DNA of 64,000 nucleotides from Squalus acanthias (lineage: Eukaryota), in NCBI GenBank assembly GCA_030390025.1, contig CM059432.1, positions 147,376,001 through 147,440,000 of the forward strand. The letters run 5' to 3'. Position numbers and translations under genes: made by a program. The number at the start of each line of letters is the position of its first letter. The first letter of the stretch is position 1. The notes under the pieces were generated by a model. That model did not search any database. It was not told the DNA's origin and was given only the letters and a program-made list of their open reading frames with translations. This document shows, piece after piece, positions 61,985-64,000 of the stretch.

Positions 61985-62280
61985 ACATAGAAACATTAAA
62001 ACATCGAAAAATAGGAGCAGGAGTCGGCCATTCGGCCCTTCGAGCCTGCTCCGCCATTCAATATGATCATGGCTGATCCTCTATCTCAATACCATATTCC
62101 CGCTCTCTCCCCATACCCCTTGATGCCTTTTGTGTCTAGAAATCTGTCTATCTCCTTCTTAAATATATTCAGTGACTTGGCCTCCACAGCCTTCTGTGGT
62201 AGAGAATTCCACAGGTTCACCACCCTCTGAGTGAAGACATTTCTCCTCATCTCAGTCCTAAATGTCCTACCCCGTATCCC
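61985..62280 (-). mobile_element. CR1 3' end, young subfamily
   Basis: Nearly identical to 16781-17065. Confidence 0.92.
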
Positions 62281-62530
62281 CAAAACAGGTTCAACTTAGC
62301 TACTTTCTGATGATATCAGGGACTACCTGATGGAGTTTTGTAAACTTTGTATCTATACATGATGATCAGAGGTTGTAATTTTCGCTCCAATTTTAAGTTG
62401 AGGTGTGTTCAGGGTGGACGGGGGTGCGGGGCTGGAGGAAAACCATCGCCCACTCCTTGACGTGAGGCTCAAGCCATTTTAACTCCCAGGCCTCATTTGA
62501 ATAGATCAGGTCTCTCTCCCGTTCGAAACC

Positions 62531-62686
62531 GGCGGGTGTAATATCGTGGCCAGCCGGTGTAATATCGTGGCCGGCGGGTGTAATATCGTGGCCGGCCGGT
62601 GTAATATCGTGGCCGGCGGGTGCAATATCGTGGCCGGCGGGTGTAATATCGTGGCTGGTGGGTGTAATATCGTGGCCGGCGGGTGG
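62531..62686. repeat. 21-bp minisatellite (GGCGGGTGTAATATCGTGGCC), about 7 copies, in a probable MITE remnant
   Basis: Seen directly. Confidence 0.92.
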
Positions 62687-62785
62687 GAGTGGGAATGGTG
62701 CTGGGAGCCGGGCAGCATCAAGGGCCGAAGGAAATGGTCCCGGGTAAGCTAAATATGTAGGAGGTGGTCTGGGCTGATTGCAGCT

Positions 62786-63370
62786 GGAACACAAGAACAT
62801 AAGCAATAGGAGCAGGAATAGGCCACTCGGCCCCTTGAGCCTGCTCCGCCATTCAATAAGATCATGGCTGATCTTGGGCTCAAAGACACTTCCCCGCCCA
62901 CTCCCCATAACCCTTCCCTCCCTTATCTTGCAAAAATCTGTCTATCTCCACCTTAAATGTATTTAATGACCCAGCCTCCACAGCTCTCTGGGCAGAGAAT
63001 TCCACAGATTTACGACCCTCTGAGAGAAGAAATTCCTCCTCATCTCAGTTCTAAAAGGGCGATCCTTTATTCTGAAACTGTGCCCCCGAATTCTAGATTT
63101 CCCCACGAGGGGAAACATCCTCTCTGCATCTACCTTGTCGAGCCGCCTCAGTATCTTATATGTTTCAATAAGATCACCTCTCATTCTTCTAAATTCCAAT
63201 GAGTATAGGCCCAACCTGCTCAACCTTTCTTCATAAGTCAACCCCTTCATCTCAGAAAACAACCGTGTGAATCGTCTCTGAACTGCCTCCAATGCAAGTA
63301 TATCCTTCCTTAAATAAGGAGACCAAAACTGTATGCAGTACTCCAGGTGTGGTCTCACCAACGCCCTGTA
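62786..63370 (-). mobile_element. CR1 3' fragment
   Basis: ORF 62963-63415 LYRALVRPHLEYCIQFWSPYLRKD... Confidence 0.92.
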
Positions 63371-63744
63371 GAGGAGGAGGTGGGGAAAGAAATCCTGGGG
63401 CAGAGCAAACCCCAAGGATCAATGAATCTGCAGAAAAGATCAATTCAAATACTTAGCTTGGGCTCTTCTGGCCTCTCCGGTAACTGTTGCCAGATCCTGT
63501 TGTCTGCTTTGGCCCCATCCGGGCCTCCTGAACTTTTTAGTTGAATATCATTATTGGGCCACGACTTTTAAATCTAAAGTAGGCCCCCTACCTGCCTGGG
63601 CGGACAGCCCTCACATGCCTGTTCAGAGGTGAGTTAAGATAGTGGAGGACGGGAATGTGTCGGGAACATGGCGCAACCTCTTTGACATCTTAACCCCCTC
63701 CCGCCTGCATCATTCCCACTGGGTGGGCAGGGTCAAGGGAGTCA

Positions 63745-63874
63745 CGGGGTGTGGGGAGAGAGCGGGAAAGTGGTGCTGAGGCCAAGATTGGATCAGCCAT
63801 GATCTCATTGAATGGCGGAGCAGGCTCGAGCGGCCGATTGGCCGCCTCCTGCTCCTGTTTCTTATGTTCTTATG
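63745..63874 (+). mobile_element. CR1 3' tail
   Basis: GATCAGCCATGATCTCATTGAATGGCGGAGCAGGCTCGAG...TTCTTATG. Confidence 0.85.
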
Positions 63875-64000
63875 TCAAAAGTAAGCATTGACCATGATTA
63901 CAGTTTACTGTGAAGGAATAATTCCAACTGATTGACTTGCTGAGCTTTCGTGTGTTTCTGCGAACCAATGGAAAATCTCAGCACAGACAGGCTTAAAAAC

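Overview
Repeat-dense vertebrate DNA. The repeat mix (CR1 LINEs, Deu-domain tRNA SINEs, L2, RTE, Penelope, many PIF/Harbinger copies) suggests a cartilaginous fish; this is an inference. The only host gene I recognise is PPP1R17 (G-substrate) on the minus strand, with two coding exons: 42083-42161 (MTTECVWSPEAQDDRLDSSDQLCKHL) and 18178-18339 (contains KKPRRKDTP). They are separated by a ~23.7 kb intron; the 3' exons were not found. Nearly everything else is nested, decayed transposable elements. Three observations stand out. (1) A TA-flanked Tc1/mariner (pogo/Tigger-like) miniature element at 36024-36504 carries a captured BAZ1A PHD-finger exon fragment with its splice donor and intron flank. 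A sister element at 12818-13152 has the same termini but different cargo, suggesting a Pack-TIR-like gene-capturing family. (2) Short, TSD-flanked fold-back Penelope-type elements carry minimal hammerhead ribozyme motifs, one of them on both strands. (3) Large minisatellites have arisen inside TEs: a ~6.3 kb 36-mer array in an L2 ORF2, and a 37-mer array that amplifies the branch-point region of a Harbinger intron. Homology calls come from my recollection of protein and repeat families, not from searches. Most TE boundaries are approximate.
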